Source of the DNA: Pseudomonadota bacterium
GTDB taxonomy: Bacteria > Pseudomonadota > Gammaproteobacteria > Burkholderiales > REEB80
Length of the DNA stretch: 64,000 bases
Direction: 5' to 3'
Assembly (NCBI GenBank): GCA_018971485.1
Contig: JAGXAQ010000005.1
Location: 14,882-78,881, forward strand
Under the pieces are notes generated by a model that saw only the letters and a program-made list of their open reading frames with translations, did no database searches and had not been told where the DNA came from. Shown piece by piece: positions 25,290 through 38,124 of the stretch (its first letter is position 1; each line of letters begins with the position of its first letter). The position numbers were made by a program, and so were the translations under genes.

Positions 25290-26653
25290 GGGGAGAGTTT
25301 CAGAGCCAAATGAACTGCTTCTGAAATCATTTCTGCGCATTGGGTCACTTCTTTTTCAGCTTCCCCTTCGACCATGACGCGAAGAAGCGGCTCAGTTCCG
25401 GAAAGCCGCAGCAGTACCCGTCCGGTACCGTCAAGCTGTTTTTCAGCTTTCTGAATGGCGTGCTGGACCTGCGGGTGTTGCGTGATATCCCGACGCTCAG
25501 TAAGCCGGATGTTGATAAGTTTTTGAGGATAAAGAATCAGTTCTTCAGTAAAAAGGGATCCGGTCTTATCGTGGCGGATAAGTGCGGACAGGACCTGAAG
25601 TGCGGCTACGATCCCATCTCCTGTAGTGTGTTTGTCAAGGCAGATAATATGCCCGGATGTCTCTCCACCGAGTAACCAGGCCTTCTGATGCAAAAGCTCC
25701 AGAACATAACGATCACCAACCTGGGCCCTGCCAAAAGGAACTTCGAGTCTTGCCAGGGCATGCTCAAAGCCCAGGTTGGTCATCAGGGTTCCTGCAACAC
25801 CTCCTTGAAGAATCCCCTGTTGCAGCCGGTCTTTGGCAAGAATGTATAATAGCCTGTCTCCATCAAACAGGGTCCCGTCATGATCGATCATGCAAAGCCG
25901 ATCTCCATCCCCATCAAATCCAAACCCCAGATGAGCCGAGTTCCTGATGACTGCTTCCTGCAAACGCTGTGGATGGGTTGATCCGTACCCATCATTGATG
26001 TTAAATCCGTCTGGTGACACGCCGATGGGAATGACCTCTGCGCCTAGTTCATGAAAGACATGGGGTGCAACATGATAGGTTGCCCCATGTGCGCAGTCCA
26101 CCACAATCTTAAGTCCCCGAAGATCAAATTCATTGGGAAAGGTGTTTTTGCAAAATTCGATGTACCGGCCATCAGCATCATTGATACGTTTTGCCCGCCC
26201 TAATTGATGGGAAGCTTGCGTTTTCATGGGGGCGTTCATCAATGCTTCTATTTCCTGTTCGACTTCATCGTCAAGCTTACTGCCCAAATGAGAAAAAAAC
26301 TTGATCCCGTTGTCATCAAAAGGATTGTGTGAAGCAGAAATGACAATACCTGCCTGGGCCCTTAATGCCCGTGTTAAATAGGCGACGGCTGGTGTAGGGG
26401 CAGGGCCGAGCAGCAGGACATCCACTCCGGCAGCAGATAATCCTGCCTGAAGAGCCGATTCCAGCATGTATCCAGAAATGCGGGTGTCTTTTCCGATGAT
26501 GACTGAAGGATGATCACTGGTTTGAAGCTGGGTATGATGGCGAGTCAGGACAACCCCTGCTGAATAGCCCAGATGCATGATGAGATCAGGAGTAATAGGG
26601 GGTTGCCCTACTTTTCCCCGAACCCCATCAGTACCAAAATAGTTACGCTTCAT
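25286..26653 (-). CDS. glmM: phosphoglucosamine mutase
   Basis: [12 protein letters not shown], the active-site motif [16 protein letters not shown], and FDGDGDR. Confidence 0.95.
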   Translation of the reverse strand: MKRNYFGTDGVRGKVGQPPITPDLIMHLGYSAGVVLTRHHTQLQTSDHPSVIIGKDTRISGYMLESALQAGLSAAGVDVLLLGPAPTPAVAYLTRALRAQAGIVISASHNPFDDNGIKFFSHLGSKLDDEVEQEIEALMNAPMKTQASHQLGRAKRINDADGRYIEFCKNTFPNEFDLRGLKIVVDCAHGATYHVAPHVFHELGAEVIPIGVSPDGFNINDGYGSTHPQRLQEAVIRNSAHLGFGFDGDGDRLCMIDHDGTLFDGDRLLYILAKDRLQQGILQGGVAGTLMTNLGFEHALARLEVPFGRAQVGDRYVLELLHQKAWLLGGETSGHIICLDKHTTGDGIVAALQVLSALIRHDKTGSLFTEELILYPQKLINIRLTERRDITQHPQVQHAIQKAEKQLDGTGRVLLRLSGTEPLLRVMVEGEAEKEVTQCAEMISEAVHLALKLSP

Positions 26654-27488
26654 TCATCTGGTCCTTGTTAAGCGCATCCAGGACGTTGAGCACGTCACGT
26701 GTTGCCGCTACATCGTGAACGCGGACAATGCGTGCCCCATTTTGAACACTGATAAGGGCTGCTGCAAGGCTTGCGTAAATACGATCCTGTGGATTCTTGT
26801 GCCCGGTAATGGCTCCTAGCATGGATTTTCTCGACAGGCCTACCAGGATAGGGTAACCCAGTGTGCTGATCTGATGTAGATTACGCAGGAGGGTTAAATT
26901 ATGGTTTAGCGTTTTTCCGAAACCAAACCCTGGATCAAGCAGGATGCGCGATGGGTCGCAACCAGCAGCTTTCAGGGCGTCGGCCCGGGTTTTTAAGAAT
27001 CCGGTTACTTCTGCTGTGACATTGTTGTAATGGGGATTTACCTGCATCGTCCGGGGTTCACCGAGCATATGCATGAGGCAGATGGAAGCCCCGCTGTCTA
27101 CCGCTGCGCGAAGGGCCCCGGGCCGTCTCAGGGCGTAGACATCATTAATGATTGAAGCACCTGCCTCGACTGCGGCACTCATGACCTCAGGCTTGGATGT
27201 ATCGACAGAAATGGGGATATGAAGACCAGACAACTGCTTTATGAGGGGTAGAACCCGTTCCAGCTCGGTTTCCGTACTGACTTCACTGGCACCAGGACGT
27301 GTTGACTCACCTCCGATATCCAGGATGTCAGCCCCTTCTTCCATGAGTTGCCGGGCATGGGCAAGAGCCTGGTCAAAAGCGTGATAACGGCCACCATCGG
27401 AGAAAGAATCCGGGGTTACATTGACGATACCCATGATGAGTGGTCGGTCAAATCCAGTCTGTTGGTTGTTAAAACTCAGCGTAGGCAT
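26643..27488 (-). CDS. folP: dihydropteroate synthase
   Basis: [26 protein letters not shown] and GFGFGKT motifs. Overlaps the glmM start by 11 nt. Confidence 0.95.
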   Translation of the reverse strand: MPTLSFNNQQTGFDRPLIMGIVNVTPDSFSDGGRYHAFDQALAHARQLMEEGADILDIGGESTRPGASEVSTETELERVLPLIKQLSGLHIPISVDTSKPEVMSAAVEAGASIINDVYALRRPGALRAAVDSGASICLMHMLGEPRTMQVNPHYNNVTAEVTGFLKTRADALKAAGCDPSRILLDPGFGFGKTLNHNLTLLRNLHQISTLGYPILVGLSRKSMLGAITGHKNPQDRIYASLAAALISVQNGARIVRVHDVAATRDVLNVLDALNKDQMNEA

Positions 27489-27571
27489 AAAGGTGTGTCT
27501 TAAAATAAAACCGGCTACGCAGAGGGTGCGTAACCGGCTAACGTATCTTTAATTCTTGACCCACAATCGAT

Positions 27572-29467
27572 TCAGACTTCTTGCACAGGCGCTGTAGTCG
27601 GTGTGGGAGGCGTCTGCGGAGGCAGATTACGTGGTGGAAGCGTACCTCCGCTGGCAGACAGTTTAGGCTCCCGGGGCTGCTTGCCTGCCATGATGTCACC
27701 GATCTGATCAGCATCAATGGTTTCCCATTCGAGCAGGCATTTGGCCATTACATCGATCTTGTCCTTGTTTTCCTCAATGATACGGCGTGCAACCTGATAT
27801 TGCTCGTCGATAATCCGGTGAATTTCGGCATCGACCTTCTGCATGGTTGTTTCAGAGACGCTCTTGTGTGAGGTAACAGAGCGTCCAAGGAATACTTCTC
27901 CTTCGTTTTCGCCATAAACCATGGGTCCCAATGTATCTGACATGCCCCATTCGGTTACCATGCGCCGGGCCATTTCTGTTGCCCGTTGAATATCATTGCC
28001 AGCACCGGTGGTCATGTGATTCATGAATACTTCTTCCGCAATACGCCCTCCCATGAGAACAGCAATATTACTGAGGATCTGTTCTCGATCCATGGAATAA
28101 CGATCTTCGGTTGGTAACTGCATTGTTACCCCCAATGCCCGCCCACGAGGAATAATCGTTACCTTGTGAACTGGATCCGTTCTGGGGAGCATCCAGGCCA
28201 CAACAGCATGCCCGGATTCATGGTAGGCCGTATTCTTGCGCTCGTCTTCCGGCATGATTAGCGAGCGGCGCTCCGCACCCATGATAATTTTATCTTTGGC
28301 CTGTTCAAAGTCATCCATATCAACAAACCGCTTATTGCTCCGGGCTGCAAAAAGGGCCCCTTCATTGACCAGGTTGGCAAGATCAGCACCCGAGAATCCA
28401 GGGGTGCCCCGTGCTAATACATCTGCCCGTGCGTCAGGTCCGAGAGGAACCTTGCGCATATGAACCAGCAGGATCTGTTCCCGTCCCCGAATATCGGGTA
28501 AGGGTACGACTACCTGGCGATCAAAGCGCCCCGGGCGAAGCAGGGCTGGATCTAAAACGTCAGGCCTGTTAGTTGCTGCAATGACGATGACCCCGGAGGT
28601 TCCTTCAAACCCATCCATTTCAACCAGCAATTGGTTGAGGGTTTGCTCCCGTTCATCATTCCCTCCGCCCAAACCGGCACCACGCTGCCGTCCTACCGCA
28701 TCAATTTCATCAATAAAAACAATGCAAGGTGCATTTTTCTTAGCCTGTTCAAACATGTCCCGAACCCGGGCAGCACCAACGCCTACAAACATTTCTACGA
28801 AATCTGAACCCGAGATGGAAAAGAACGGAACCCGGGCCTCTCCTGCAATGGCCTTGGCCAGCAGGGTTTTACCGGTACCCGGGCTTCCAACCATGAGGAC
28901 GCCTCGGGGGATTCGTCCGCCCAGCTTCTGGAATTTTCCAGGGTCGCGGAGGAATTCGACGAGTTCTGCAACGTCTTCCTTGGCTTCTTCAACTCCTGCG
29001 ACATCGGCAAAAGTTACCTGGTTTGTCGACTCGTCGAGCATCCGGGCACGGGATTTACCAAATGAAAAGGCGCCTCCTTTTCCTCCACCTTGCATCTGTC
29101 TCATGAAGAAAATCCAGACACCGATTAACAAGAGCATCGGGAACCAGGAAACGAAGATGGTCATCAGGAATGATGATTCTTCAGGCGGTTTTGCCGTGAT
29201 GTTGACGTTATATTTGAGAAGATCACTGACAAGCCATGGATCCTGTGGGGCATAAGTTGAGAATGTTTTGCCATCAGTGAGCTTGCCATGAATTTTTTGG
29301 CCGTTTATCGTGACCTGGGCGACCTGGCCCTGCTTGACGCTGTTCATAAACTGCGTGTAGTTTTCCTGCGCAGCTGAAACGGGGCTTTTGCTGAATTGGT
29401 TGAAAATCATCATCAGGATGAAGCCAATGATTAGCCACACGCCAACATTTTTGATCAGATTGTTCAA
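27572..29467 (-). CDS. ftsH: ATP-dependent zinc metalloprotease FtsH
   Basis: Two N-terminal TM segments, AAA+ Walker A GSPGTGKT, and the HEXXH motif HESGHAVV. Confidence 0.97.
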   Translation of the reverse strand: MNNLIKNVGVWLIIGFILMMIFNQFSKSPVSAAQENYTQFMNSVKQGQVAQVTINGQKIHGKLTDGKTFSTYAPQDPWLVSDLLKYNVNITAKPPEESSFLMTIFVSWFPMLLLIGVWIFFMRQMQGGGKGGAFSFGKSRARMLDESTNQVTFADVAGVEEAKEDVAELVEFLRDPGKFQKLGGRIPRGVLMVGSPGTGKTLLAKAIAGEARVPFFSISGSDFVEMFVGVGAARVRDMFEQAKKNAPCIVFIDEIDAVGRQRGAGLGGGNDEREQTLNQLLVEMDGFEGTSGVIVIAATNRPDVLDPALLRPGRFDRQVVVPLPDIRGREQILLVHMRKVPLGPDARADVLARGTPGFSGADLANLVNEGALFAARSNKRFVDMDDFEQAKDKIIMGAERRSLIMPEDERKNTAYHESGHAVVAWMLPRTDPVHKVTIIPRGRALGVTMQLPTEDRYSMDREQILSNIAVLMGGRIAEEVFMNHMTTGAGNDIQRATEMARRMVTEWGMSDTLGPMVYGENEGEVFLGRSVTSHKSVSETTMQKVDAEIHRIIDEQYQVARRIIEENKDKIDVMAKCLLEWETIDADQIGDIMAGKQPREPKLSASGGTLPPRNLPPQTPPTPTTAPVQEV

Positions 29468-29591
29468 CAGAGTTCCTTATCACAAAAAATATACAAGTTT
29501 CGAAGTTGATTTTACTCCCTTTTTAGGGAAGTTGTCCTGATTTTTTTGGCTTTTTCTTGCCTCTAATGACTTATTGTCGTGTTTGGACAGG

Positions 29592-30215
29592 TCAGATATT
29601 CTGTTTCAGGTGTTGCCCCAGGAGATACAGCTCACTGCTTCGGTCCCTTGATGCTTTGGGTTTACGGGTATGAACCCGTATAAAGCTGTGTCGAAGCATG
29701 CGATGAAATGCCTCAAATCCTGCCCCCTGAAACACCTTGACCAAAAAACTGCCATTTGGTTTTAAATGCCCGCACGAGAATTCCAGAGCCAGCTCCGCCA
29801 GACCAATTGCCCGGGCCTGGTCAGAGATACCAATACCACTGATATTGGGGGCCATATCTGAAATTACAAGATCCACATAGCCTTCAGTCAAGGCCATAAT
29901 ACGTTCGAGCGTATCGCCATTCTGGATATCGCCCTGTATAAATTCCACGCCAGGCAAGGGATTCATCTCAAGCAGATCGACTGCTATAATTCGTCCTTTC
30001 CCTTTCATTTTTTTAGTGACTACCTCGGACCAGCCTCCTGGGGCTGCACCCAGATCAACAACGGTTTGGCCTGGGTGGATTAACCGATCCCTGTCATCAA
30101 TTTCCATGAGTTTGTAGGCAGCCCGTGAACGCAGCCCCTCCCGGGTTGCCCTTTGGACAAATTCATCGTTGACATGCTCTTTCATCCACGCCTTGCTCGT
30201 TTTGCTTCGTTTCAT
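29592..30215 (-). CDS. rlmE: 23S rRNA (U2552-2'-O)-methyltransferase
   Basis: [19 protein letters not shown] and [10 protein letters not shown] motifs. Conserved position upstream of ftsH. Confidence 0.93.
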   Translation of the reverse strand: MKRSKTSKAWMKEHVNDEFVQRATREGLRSRAAYKLMEIDDRDRLIHPGQTVVDLGAAPGGWSEVVTKKMKGKGRIIAVDLLEMNPLPGVEFIQGDIQNGDTLERIMALTEGYVDLVISDMAPNISGIGISDQARAIGLAELALEFSCGHLKPNGSFLVKVFQGAGFEAFHRMLRHSFIRVHTRKPKASRDRSSELYLLGQHLKQNI

Positions 30216-30316
30216 GATTTAGGTTGCCTCTTTGGGAATCTTGAACGCGTGACGAAATTCCTGGTTTGTTTAGTTGGGCCAGAACAGTATAATTCAACTT
30301 TTTACATCCATTATCT

Positions 30317-30610
30317 ATGAGCCCTATCACACTTCGACAGCGTACGTTGCTACGGGCCTTAGCCCATTCATTAAACCCGGTTGTTTCTATTGGAGAGGCC
30401 GGTTTGAGCCCCGCGATTATCAGTGAGACGGATGTGGCCCTTAAATCTCATGAACTGATTAAAATCAGAGTGCACAGCGCAGATCGGCAAACCAGGGCGA
30501 ACATGCTGGCTGAATTGTGTTCTGCGACTGATGCTGTTGCTGTGCAACACATTGGCCGGGTTCTCGTTATATATCGGCCAGCGAGCCCTCCGCGGATCCG
30601 GCTTACTTGA
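30317..30610 (+). CDS. yhbY: CRM-domain RNA-binding protein YhbY
   Basis: 97 aa. LRALAHSLNPVVSIGEAGLS and HELIKIRV motifs. Divergent from rlmE, as in many proteobacteria. Confidence 0.85.
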   Translation: MSPITLRQRTLLRALAHSLNPVVSIGEAGLSPAIISETDVALKSHELIKIRVHSADRQTRANMLAELCSATDAVAVQHIGRVLVIYRPASPPRIRLT

Positions 30611-31064
30611 GTAGAGTGGCTTGTTTGCTTATGAGCCATACCCCAAGCAGGCTTTGAATGATGAAGAGCAGGTTGGCAACTCCGTGCCAGGTCGAAAACC
30701 GGCTTCGAAAGACGCTTTGCATGACATCCAGGGGGAGCGCCTGGTGCTTCAGGGAATGCAAGACAGGGGCTACATAATACTGGCCGATGATGGTCAGGGT
30801 GAGAATCGCAACTATCAGCCAGAAAGAACCCTGGCGGAAAGCATGTGTCCCGGATCGTATGAGTCGATACAGGATCAGCCACCCGCCACAGGCCATCCCC
30901 ATCCAGGCTGTAAGCCGGAACAGCCTGCCTGCAACCATACCTGCAACCATTTGGGTAGGGATGACATGAAAAAGAGCGGGTGTGACAATGAAGCCGATAG
31001 CCCACATCCCTCCTATCCAGAGGGTGAGGGCTATGATGGCGCTGATATCGTACAGATAACGCAT
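30603..31064 (-). CDS. small 4-TM membrane protein (DUF4149-like)
   Basis: 153-aa hydrophobic ORF between yhbY and greA. The family name is from memory of betaproteobacterial synteny. Confidence 0.55.
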   Translation of the reverse strand: MRYLYDISAIIALTLWIGGMWAIGFIVTPALFHVIPTQMVAGMVAGRLFRLTAWMGMACGGWLILYRLIRSGTHAFRQGSFWLIVAILTLTIIGQYYVAPVLHSLKHQALPLDVMQSVFRSRFSTWHGVANLLFIIQSLLGVWLISKQATLLK

Positions 31065-31543
31065 CAGATGTACTTCACATCCAGTATTTCATATTCACGG
31101 ATCCCCCCAGGAGCCTGGACTTCTGCTATGTCTCCGGCATTTTTTCCAATGAGGGCGCGTGCAATTGGGCTGGAAATGGAAATCTTGTCTTCCTTGAGAT
31201 CAGCCTCGTCATCTCCGACTATCTGGTAAGTGACAATGTCACTGGATTCCAGATCCTCAAGTTCAACCGTTGCCCCAAAAACCACCCGTCCATCAGCGTC
31301 CAGCTGTTTTGGATCGATAACTTGTGCATTGGCAAGCTTGTTTTCCACTTCCAGAATCCGGCCTTCAATGAAACTCTGTCGTTCCTTGGCCGCATCATAT
31401 TCAGCATTTTCTGACAGGTCGCCATAGGAGCGCGCCTCTGCGATGGCTGCAATGACAGCAGGCCGTTCAACATTTTTAAGTTGTTGAAGCTCTTGCCGGA
31501 GTTTTTCTGCTCCGAGAACAGTTAAAGGTGTTTTGATAGTCAT
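31064..31543 (-). CDS. greA: transcription elongation factor GreA
   Basis: 159 aa. LREELQ-type coiled coil, [16 protein letters not shown], and [13 protein letters not shown]. Confidence 0.95.
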   Translation of the reverse strand: MTIKTPLTVLGAEKLRQELQQLKNVERPAVIAAIAEARSYGDLSENAEYDAAKERQSFIEGRILEVENKLANAQVIDPKQLDADGRVVFGATVELEDLESSDIVTYQIVGDDEADLKEDKISISSPIARALIGKNAGDIAEVQAPGGIREYEILDVKYI

Positions 31544-31628
31544 AAATTACCCAAATTAAAGCGGCATGCTTTTATTGGCATGCCGATAACAAAATATAGT
31601 AAGCCGAATCCGGTTACAAATACTAGCC

Positions 31629-34600
31629 TCAATTAGCCAGTTGTTGATGGAGGCCCTGTAAGCTATACACATCCAGTTCCTTGAAGTGTTGCATGCCAAG
31701 ACTTGCTGCCTTGGCTCCTGCCATGGTGGTGTAATAGACCACTTTGTGCTGGAGCGCGGCGGAGCGAATCGAAAGGGAGTCCTTCACCGCCCCCTTGTCT
31801 TCCACAGTATTGACAATAAGGCTGATTTCGCCATTCTTGATCATGTCAACAATATGGGGGCGTCCTTCCTTTACCTTGTTGACAGCTGTAACGGGTATGC
31901 CTGCTTCAGCCATGGCCTTTGCCGTTCCCCGCGTAGCTACAATAATGAATTTAAGCTTGACAAGGCTTTGCGCTAGTTCTACAGCATCTAGTTTATCGCT
32001 ATCCTTGACACTGATAAAGACACGCCCTGATTTAGGAAGCCGGATTCCACAGGCCATCTGCGATTTAATGAATGCTTCAGCGAAGGTTAACCCCACGCCC
32101 ATTGCCTCACCTGTTGACTTCATTTCCGGGCTGAGCAGTGTATCCACTCCGGGAAACTTGATAAATGGAAATACGGCTTCCTTGACGGAAAAATAGCGGG
32201 GAAGCAGGGTCTGAGGCAGTTGTTGCTGTTTCAGGGAGAATCCTGCCATGCATAGTGCTGCGACCCGTGCAAGAGCAACACCGGTAGCCTTGGAGACATA
32301 GGGTACTGTTCGTGATGCCCGCGGGTTGACTTCCAGAACGTAGATAGTGTCGCCCTGTATGGCAAACTGAACATTCATAAGCCCAATTACACCCAATGCC
32401 CTGGCCATGATGCAGGTTTGGCGCTTGAGTTCTTCCTGTATTTCCGGGCTCAGGCTGTAAGGGGGCAAGGAACAGGCTGAATCACCGGAGTGCACCCCGG
32501 CCTGCTCAATATGTTCCATGATCCCGCCAACCAGGACATCCTCTCCATCACAGACAGCATCAACATCCACTTCAGTTGCGTTATTGAGAAAATGATCAAG
32601 GAGGACCGGGGAGTCATTGGATACCTTGACTGCCTCTTGCATGTACCGTTCCAGTTCGGATTGATCATGAACAATTTCCATGGCACGTCCACCAAGAACA
32701 TAAGATGGGCGGACAACCATGGGATAGCCGATCTCAAGGGCATGCGTGAGGGCTTCTTCCGGTGTGCGCGCTGTCCGGTTCGCCGGCTGTTTCAGTCCTG
32801 TTTCAATGAGCATTTTCTGAAAACGTTCACGATCCTCTGCCTCATCAATTGCATCAGGAGATGTTCCAATGATGGGTACCCCGTTTGCCTCAAGTTCACG
32901 GGCAAGTTTCAGGGGGGTTTGTCCCCCATACTGGACAATGACGCCCCAAGGTTGTTCAATCCGAACAATTTCGAGTACATCTTCAAGCGTCAGGGGTTCG
33001 AAATACAATCGATCGGAAGTGTCATAATCGGTTGAAACCGTCTCAGGGTTGCAGTTCACCATGATTGTTTCAAAACCTGCCTCACGCAGGCTCAAGGCTG
33101 CATGGACACAGCAATAATCAAATTCGATACCTTGGCCTATCCTGTTGGGGCCGCCCCCAAGGACAATGATTTTTTTTCTGGAAGAGGGAAAAGATTCGCA
33201 TTCTTCCTCATAGGTTGAATACATGTAAGCGGTTCGTGTAGCGAATTCTGCCGCGCAGGTATCTACCCGTTTAAAGACCGGATGGATGTTGAGGGCCTGT
33301 CGCCGGTAGCGAACTGTTTTTTCTGCCGTGCCAGTCAGTTTGGCTATCCGTTTGTCCGAAAATCCCATTCGTTTTAGATCGAGGAGTTCATCTGCGAGGA
33401 CAGTGTCCAGGGATCGATCCTGAATGTTTTTTTCATGTTCGACAATCTCAAGAATCTGATCCAGAAACCAGGGATCAATATGGCTGAGTGCGTAGACTTC
33501 CTCAAGGCTCATGCCGATGCGAAAGGCATCTGCAACATAGGCAATACGGTTTGCGCCGGGGTTAGACAGTTCATGGGCAATCGTGTCTGGATCTGATGTG
33601 ATCTCATCCAGACCATCTACACCAGTTTCGAGGCCTCGTAAGGCTTTCTGGAGGGATTCCTTGAAATTACGCCCGATGGCCATGACCTCACCAACAGATT
33701 TCATTTGTGTCGTCAGGCGGTTATTTGCCTGGGGAAATTTTTCAAATGCAAAGCGTGGAATCTTTGTGACGATATAATCGATTGAAGGCTCAAAAGAAGC
33801 AGGTGTAGCCCCACCGGTAATTTCGTTCCTGAGTTCATCAAGTGTGTAGCCAACTGCCAGTTTGGCCGCAACCTTTGCAATGGGAAAACCGGTTGCCTTG
33901 GAAGCCAGCGCAGAGGATCGTGAGACGCGTGGATTCATTTCTATGACCACCATGCGCCCATCTTCCGGGTTGATCCCGAACTGGACATTTGATCCCCCCG
34001 TTTCCACACCAATTTCGCGAAGCACAGCCAAGGAGGCGTTGCGCATAATTTGATACTCACGATCGGTGAGTGTCTGGGCGGGTGCAACCGTGATGGAGTC
34101 CCCTGTGTGCACCCCCATCGGATCAAAATTCTCTATGGAACAGACAATGATGCAGTTATCCTGGCGGTCACGGACCACTTCCATCTCAAATTCTTTCCAG
34201 CCTATTAATGATTCTTCAATCAAGAGTTCGTGGGTAGGTGAGGCTTCCAGACCTCGCTGGCAGATTTCCATGAACTCTTCAATATTATAGGCAATCCCTC
34301 CGCCTGAACCGCCCATCGTGAATGATGGTCTGATAATTGTTGGAAACCCTATCATGGCCTGGACCTGGAGCGCTTCTTCCATGGAGTGCGCGATGGCAGC
34401 ACGGGGACAATTCAGGCCGATCTTCTCCATTGCCCGTTTGAATTTTTCCCGATCTTCAGCCTTATCAATAGCGTCGCGGCTTGCCCCAATCATTTCGATC
34501 CCAAAGCGCTCCAGAACACCCTCTCTTGCTAAATCAAGGGCGCAATTAAGGGCGGTTTGCCCACCCATGGTTGGCAGAAGGGCATCCGGGCGTTCCACCT

Positions 34601-34835
34601 TGATGATTTTTTCAAGTATCTGCCATGTGATGGGTTCGATATAGGTGACATCTGCCATGCCCGGGTCAGTCATGATTGTTGCGGGATTGGAATTGACCAG
34701 AATGACTTTGTAGCCTTCTTCACGTAAGGCTTTGCAGGCTTGTGCGCCGGAATAGTCGAATTCGCACGCCTGGCCGATGACTATAGGCCCGGCGCCAATA
34801 ATGAGGATGCTTTTAATATCGTGGCGTTTAGGCAT
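31629..34835 (-). CDS. carB: carbamoyl-phosphate synthase large subunit
   Basis: 1068 aa with duplicated ATP-grasp halves ([21 protein letters not shown] and [20 protein letters not shown]). Confidence 0.97.
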   Translation of the reverse strand: MPKRHDIKSILIIGAGPIVIGQACEFDYSGAQACKALREEGYKVILVNSNPATIMTDPGMADVTYIEPITWQILEKIIKVERPDALLPTMGGQTALNCALDLAREGVLERFGIEMIGASRDAIDKAEDREKFKRAMEKIGLNCPRAAIAHSMEEALQVQAMIGFPTIIRPSFTMGGSGGGIAYNIEEFMEICQRGLEASPTHELLIEESLIGWKEFEMEVVRDRQDNCIIVCSIENFDPMGVHTGDSITVAPAQTLTDREYQIMRNASLAVLREIGVETGGSNVQFGINPEDGRMVVIEMNPRVSRSSALASKATGFPIAKVAAKLAVGYTLDELRNEITGGATPASFEPSIDYIVTKIPRFAFEKFPQANNRLTTQMKSVGEVMAIGRNFKESLQKALRGLETGVDGLDEITSDPDTIAHELSNPGANRIAYVADAFRIGMSLEEVYALSHIDPWFLDQILEIVEHEKNIQDRSLDTVLADELLDLKRMGFSDKRIAKLTGTAEKTVRYRRQALNIHPVFKRVDTCAAEFATRTAYMYSTYEEECESFPSSRKKIIVLGGGPNRIGQGIEFDYCCVHAALSLREAGFETIMVNCNPETVSTDYDTSDRLYFEPLTLEDVLEIVRIEQPWGVIVQYGGQTPLKLARELEANGVPIIGTSPDAIDEAEDRERFQKMLIETGLKQPANRTARTPEEALTHALEIGYPMVVRPSYVLGGRAMEIVHDQSELERYMQEAVKVSNDSPVLLDHFLNNATEVDVDAVCDGEDVLVGGIMEHIEQAGVHSGDSACSLPPYSLSPEIQEELKRQTCIMARALGVIGLMNVQFAIQGDTIYVLEVNPRASRTVPYVSKATGVALARVAALCMAGFSLKQQQLPQTLLPRYFSVKEAVFPFIKFPGVDTLLSPEMKSTGEAMGVGLTFAEAFIKSQMACGIRLPKSGRVFISVKDSDKLDAVELAQSLVKLKFIIVATRGTAKAMAEAGIPVTAVNKVKEGRPHIVDMIKNGEISLIVNTVEDKGAVKDSLSIRSAALQHKVVYYTTMAGAKAASLGMQHFKELDVYSLQGLHQQLAN

Positions 34836-34861
34836 GGGTTCAAAAAATCCTTCAAAGCCTG

Positions 34862-35998
<1,137 letters not shown>

Positions 35999-36138
35999 GT
36001 AACACTCCTTGAAGCAAGGGCCCCGTAGCGTCATGATGTGGCGGTAGGGGGCCCGTTTTAAGGCCTTGATGAACAAAACGGGATGGGCAATCATGCCATC
36101 CCGAATGGTTCGCATTATACTGTAATTTGCCTTTTACT

Positions 36139-36939
36139 TCAACGCAGGCTGATCACGTCCTGCATATTGTAAAGGCCGGGTTTCTTTTGCAGAACGTAAA
36201 GCGCTGCACGAATGGCGCCGTTTGCGAAAGTCAGCCGGCTCGAAGCCTTGTGCGTCAATTCAATCCGTTCCCCGTCTCCTGCAAATAAAACAGTATGATC
36301 TCCGACAATATCCCCTCCCCGGATAACCGAAAACCCGATTTGGGATCTGGGTCGGACTCCTGTGTGGCCCTGCCGGCAAAAAAGGGCGTTGCTATCGAGA
36401 TCAAGTTCAAGTGATGAGGCAATCTGCTGCCCAAGAAACAAGGCGGTTCCAGAAGGCGCATCGACCTTTTGTCGGTGATGGGCTTCAATGATTTCAATAT
36501 CGTAGCCGGACTGGAGTGTTCTGGCCGCAATCTGGACGAGCTGGGCAAGCAGATTGATGCCAATACTCATGTTGGCAGCCATGACGATGGGAAGGGATTC
36601 GCCTGCTTTCTTGACCTGATTGAGTTGCGCGGCGCTCAGGCCGGTAGTGCCAATAACCAGGGGCTTGTTTGCTTCAAGACAGATCTTCAGATACTCCATG
36701 GTCATATCCGGTCGGCTAAAATCAATGACGACATCCGCCGCACGAATGGCTTTTTCACTATCGGAAGTAAATGAATACTCCGTGATCTTTTGCGGCAGGG
36801 AGGGTGATTCCGTCTGCTGCCGAGGGGCCGTTCTGCTGATGGCGTAGCTTAAGGTTGCCTCAGGATGCAGCTTGATAGCCTCCAGAAGGGCATGCCCCAT
36901 CTTTCCGGTTGCACCTGTGATGGTAATCCGGGTCGTCAT
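36139..36939 (-). CDS. dapB: 4-hydroxy-tetrahydrodipicolinate reductase
   Basis: ITITGATGKMG, EAHHRQKVDAPSGTA motif. ATGA overlap with the bamE stop. Confidence 0.93.
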   Translation of the reverse strand: MTTRITITGATGKMGHALLEAIKLHPEATLSYAISRTAPRQQTESPSLPQKITEYSFTSDSEKAIRAADVVIDFSRPDMTMEYLKICLEANKPLVIGTTGLSAAQLNQVKKAGESLPIVMAANMSIGINLLAQLVQIAARTLQSGYDIEIIEAHHRQKVDAPSGTALFLGQQIASSLELDLDSNALFCRQGHTGVRPRSQIGFSVIRGGDIVGDHTVLFAGDGERIELTHKASSRLTFANGAIRAALYVLQKKPGLYNMQDVISLR

Positions 36940-37517
36940 GGCAGGAGCGCTCCGGCAGGGGATGTTCCCATGCTGTTCATGGAGCTGGTCGCTGGATTAG
37001 GCTGCGTTTTTGTTTTATCTTTATTGCCAGGATTCAGGGCACCAGCCGGGTTAGGTGATATTGGGGTTGTGCTGCCAGTTTTTGGCATAAGCATGGCAGG
37101 AGCAGGTGTTGGTGCTGGAGGGCTCGCAGGTTCTGATGCCGATGAAGGGTGCTCTGGCGTCCTGGCTTTAAAGTGTGCGGCATCGGCAGGATTACCGTCA
37201 TCAATATTGACGAGTTGGCCATGCTTGAAGAACAGGGCAATATGGCGTCTGTCTATGACCTTTCCATTGTGCCGCATGGTATAGACATAATCCCAGCGAT
37301 TTGGATGAAAAGGATCCTTGATGAGCGGAACGCCAAAGATGAGGGTTACTTTTGCCTTGCTCATGCCAGGCCTTAATGAGGCGACCTTGGCAGCGGAATA
37401 GATATTTCCCTGCTGGATATCCATCTGGTAGGGGGTTACTCCAGGAATATAGGGAATAAAGCTACATCCACCCAGAACAAGTAGACTAATAAAGATAAGG
37501 GGCAATGATTTATGCAT
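36936..37517 (-). CDS. bamE: outer-membrane assembly lipoprotein BamE (SmpA/OmlA) with long Pro/Ala-rich tail
   Basis: Lipobox LVLGGC, YQMDIQQGN and GMSKAKV motifs. About 80 extra low-complexity C-terminal residues. Confidence 0.8.
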   Translation of the reverse strand: MHKSLPLIFISLLVLGGCSFIPYIPGVTPYQMDIQQGNIYSAAKVASLRPGMSKAKVTLIFGVPLIKDPFHPNRWDYVYTMRHNGKVIDRRHIALFFKHGQLVNIDDGNPADAAHFKARTPEHPSSASEPASPPAPTPAPAMLMPKTGSTTPISPNPAGALNPGNKDKTKTQPNPATSSMNSMGTSPAGALLP

Positions 37518-37698
37518 GATGTCTTTAAGTGTATGATTAAGCCAGTTCCCAGCCAGGTTTCTTGCGTTCTTAAGTAGCTTTTAGGTAAACCGCGGCAGGC
37601 TGTTTTGCCACGGTTGGCCTCAAGTATAGCATGAGCATCCTTGATTCGCGCAGGGGACCTACCCAAAGACATCTGGCCTTAAGGCATGGAGTGAAGAG

Positions 37699-38124
37699 AT
37701 GAGCAATTCAAATGATTTGAAAGAAGCTGGTCTTAAGGCCACGTTACCCCGGTTACGGATTCTGAACTTATTTGAAACCAGTTCGGTACGCCACCTGTCT
37801 GCTGAGGATGTGTACAGGCAATTGCTCAGTGAAGGAGTTGATATCGGGCTGGCCACTGTGTACAGGGTGTTGACCCAGTTTGAGACTGCCGGGCTGCTCG
37901 TACGACATCATTTCGAAGGGGGACGATCCGTATTTGAGATGAATGAAGGGGGCCATCATGATCATTTGGTATGCATGCAATGTGGCCGGGTAGAAGAGTT
38001 TTATGATGCCGAGATTGAAAAACGCCAGATCAGGATTGCATCGGATCGGGGATTTAATATCCATGAACACTCTTTGCAGATTTATGCGGATTGTATCAAG
38101 AAGGAATGCCCTTACAGGGCTTAG
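37699..38124 (+). CDS. fur: ferric uptake regulator
   Basis: LKATLPRLRIL, HHDHLVC..C and CxxC metal-site motifs. 141 aa. Confidence 0.93.
   Translation: MSNSNDLKEAGLKATLPRLRILNLFETSSVRHLSAEDVYRQLLSEGVDIGLATVYRVLTQFETAGLLVRHHFEGGRSVFEMNEGGHHDHLVCMQCGRVEEFYDAEIEKRQIRIASDRGFNIHEHSLQIYADCIKKECPYRA

Noticed and set aside
28581-29255. Large antisense or out-of-frame ORFs inside well-supported genes. Examples: 28581..29255 in ftsH, 14844..15542 in hemN, 39397..39999 in recN, 43634..44236 in dnaK, 51328..51879 in nuoD, 32490..33035 in carB, 55605..56075 in nuoG, 30448..31005 and 30621..31229 over DUF4149/greA.
   Set aside because: Each lies wholly within a gene whose frame carries unmistakable family motifs. 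Their translations are low-complexity or Arg/Pro/Ser-rich, as is typical of shadow ORFs.
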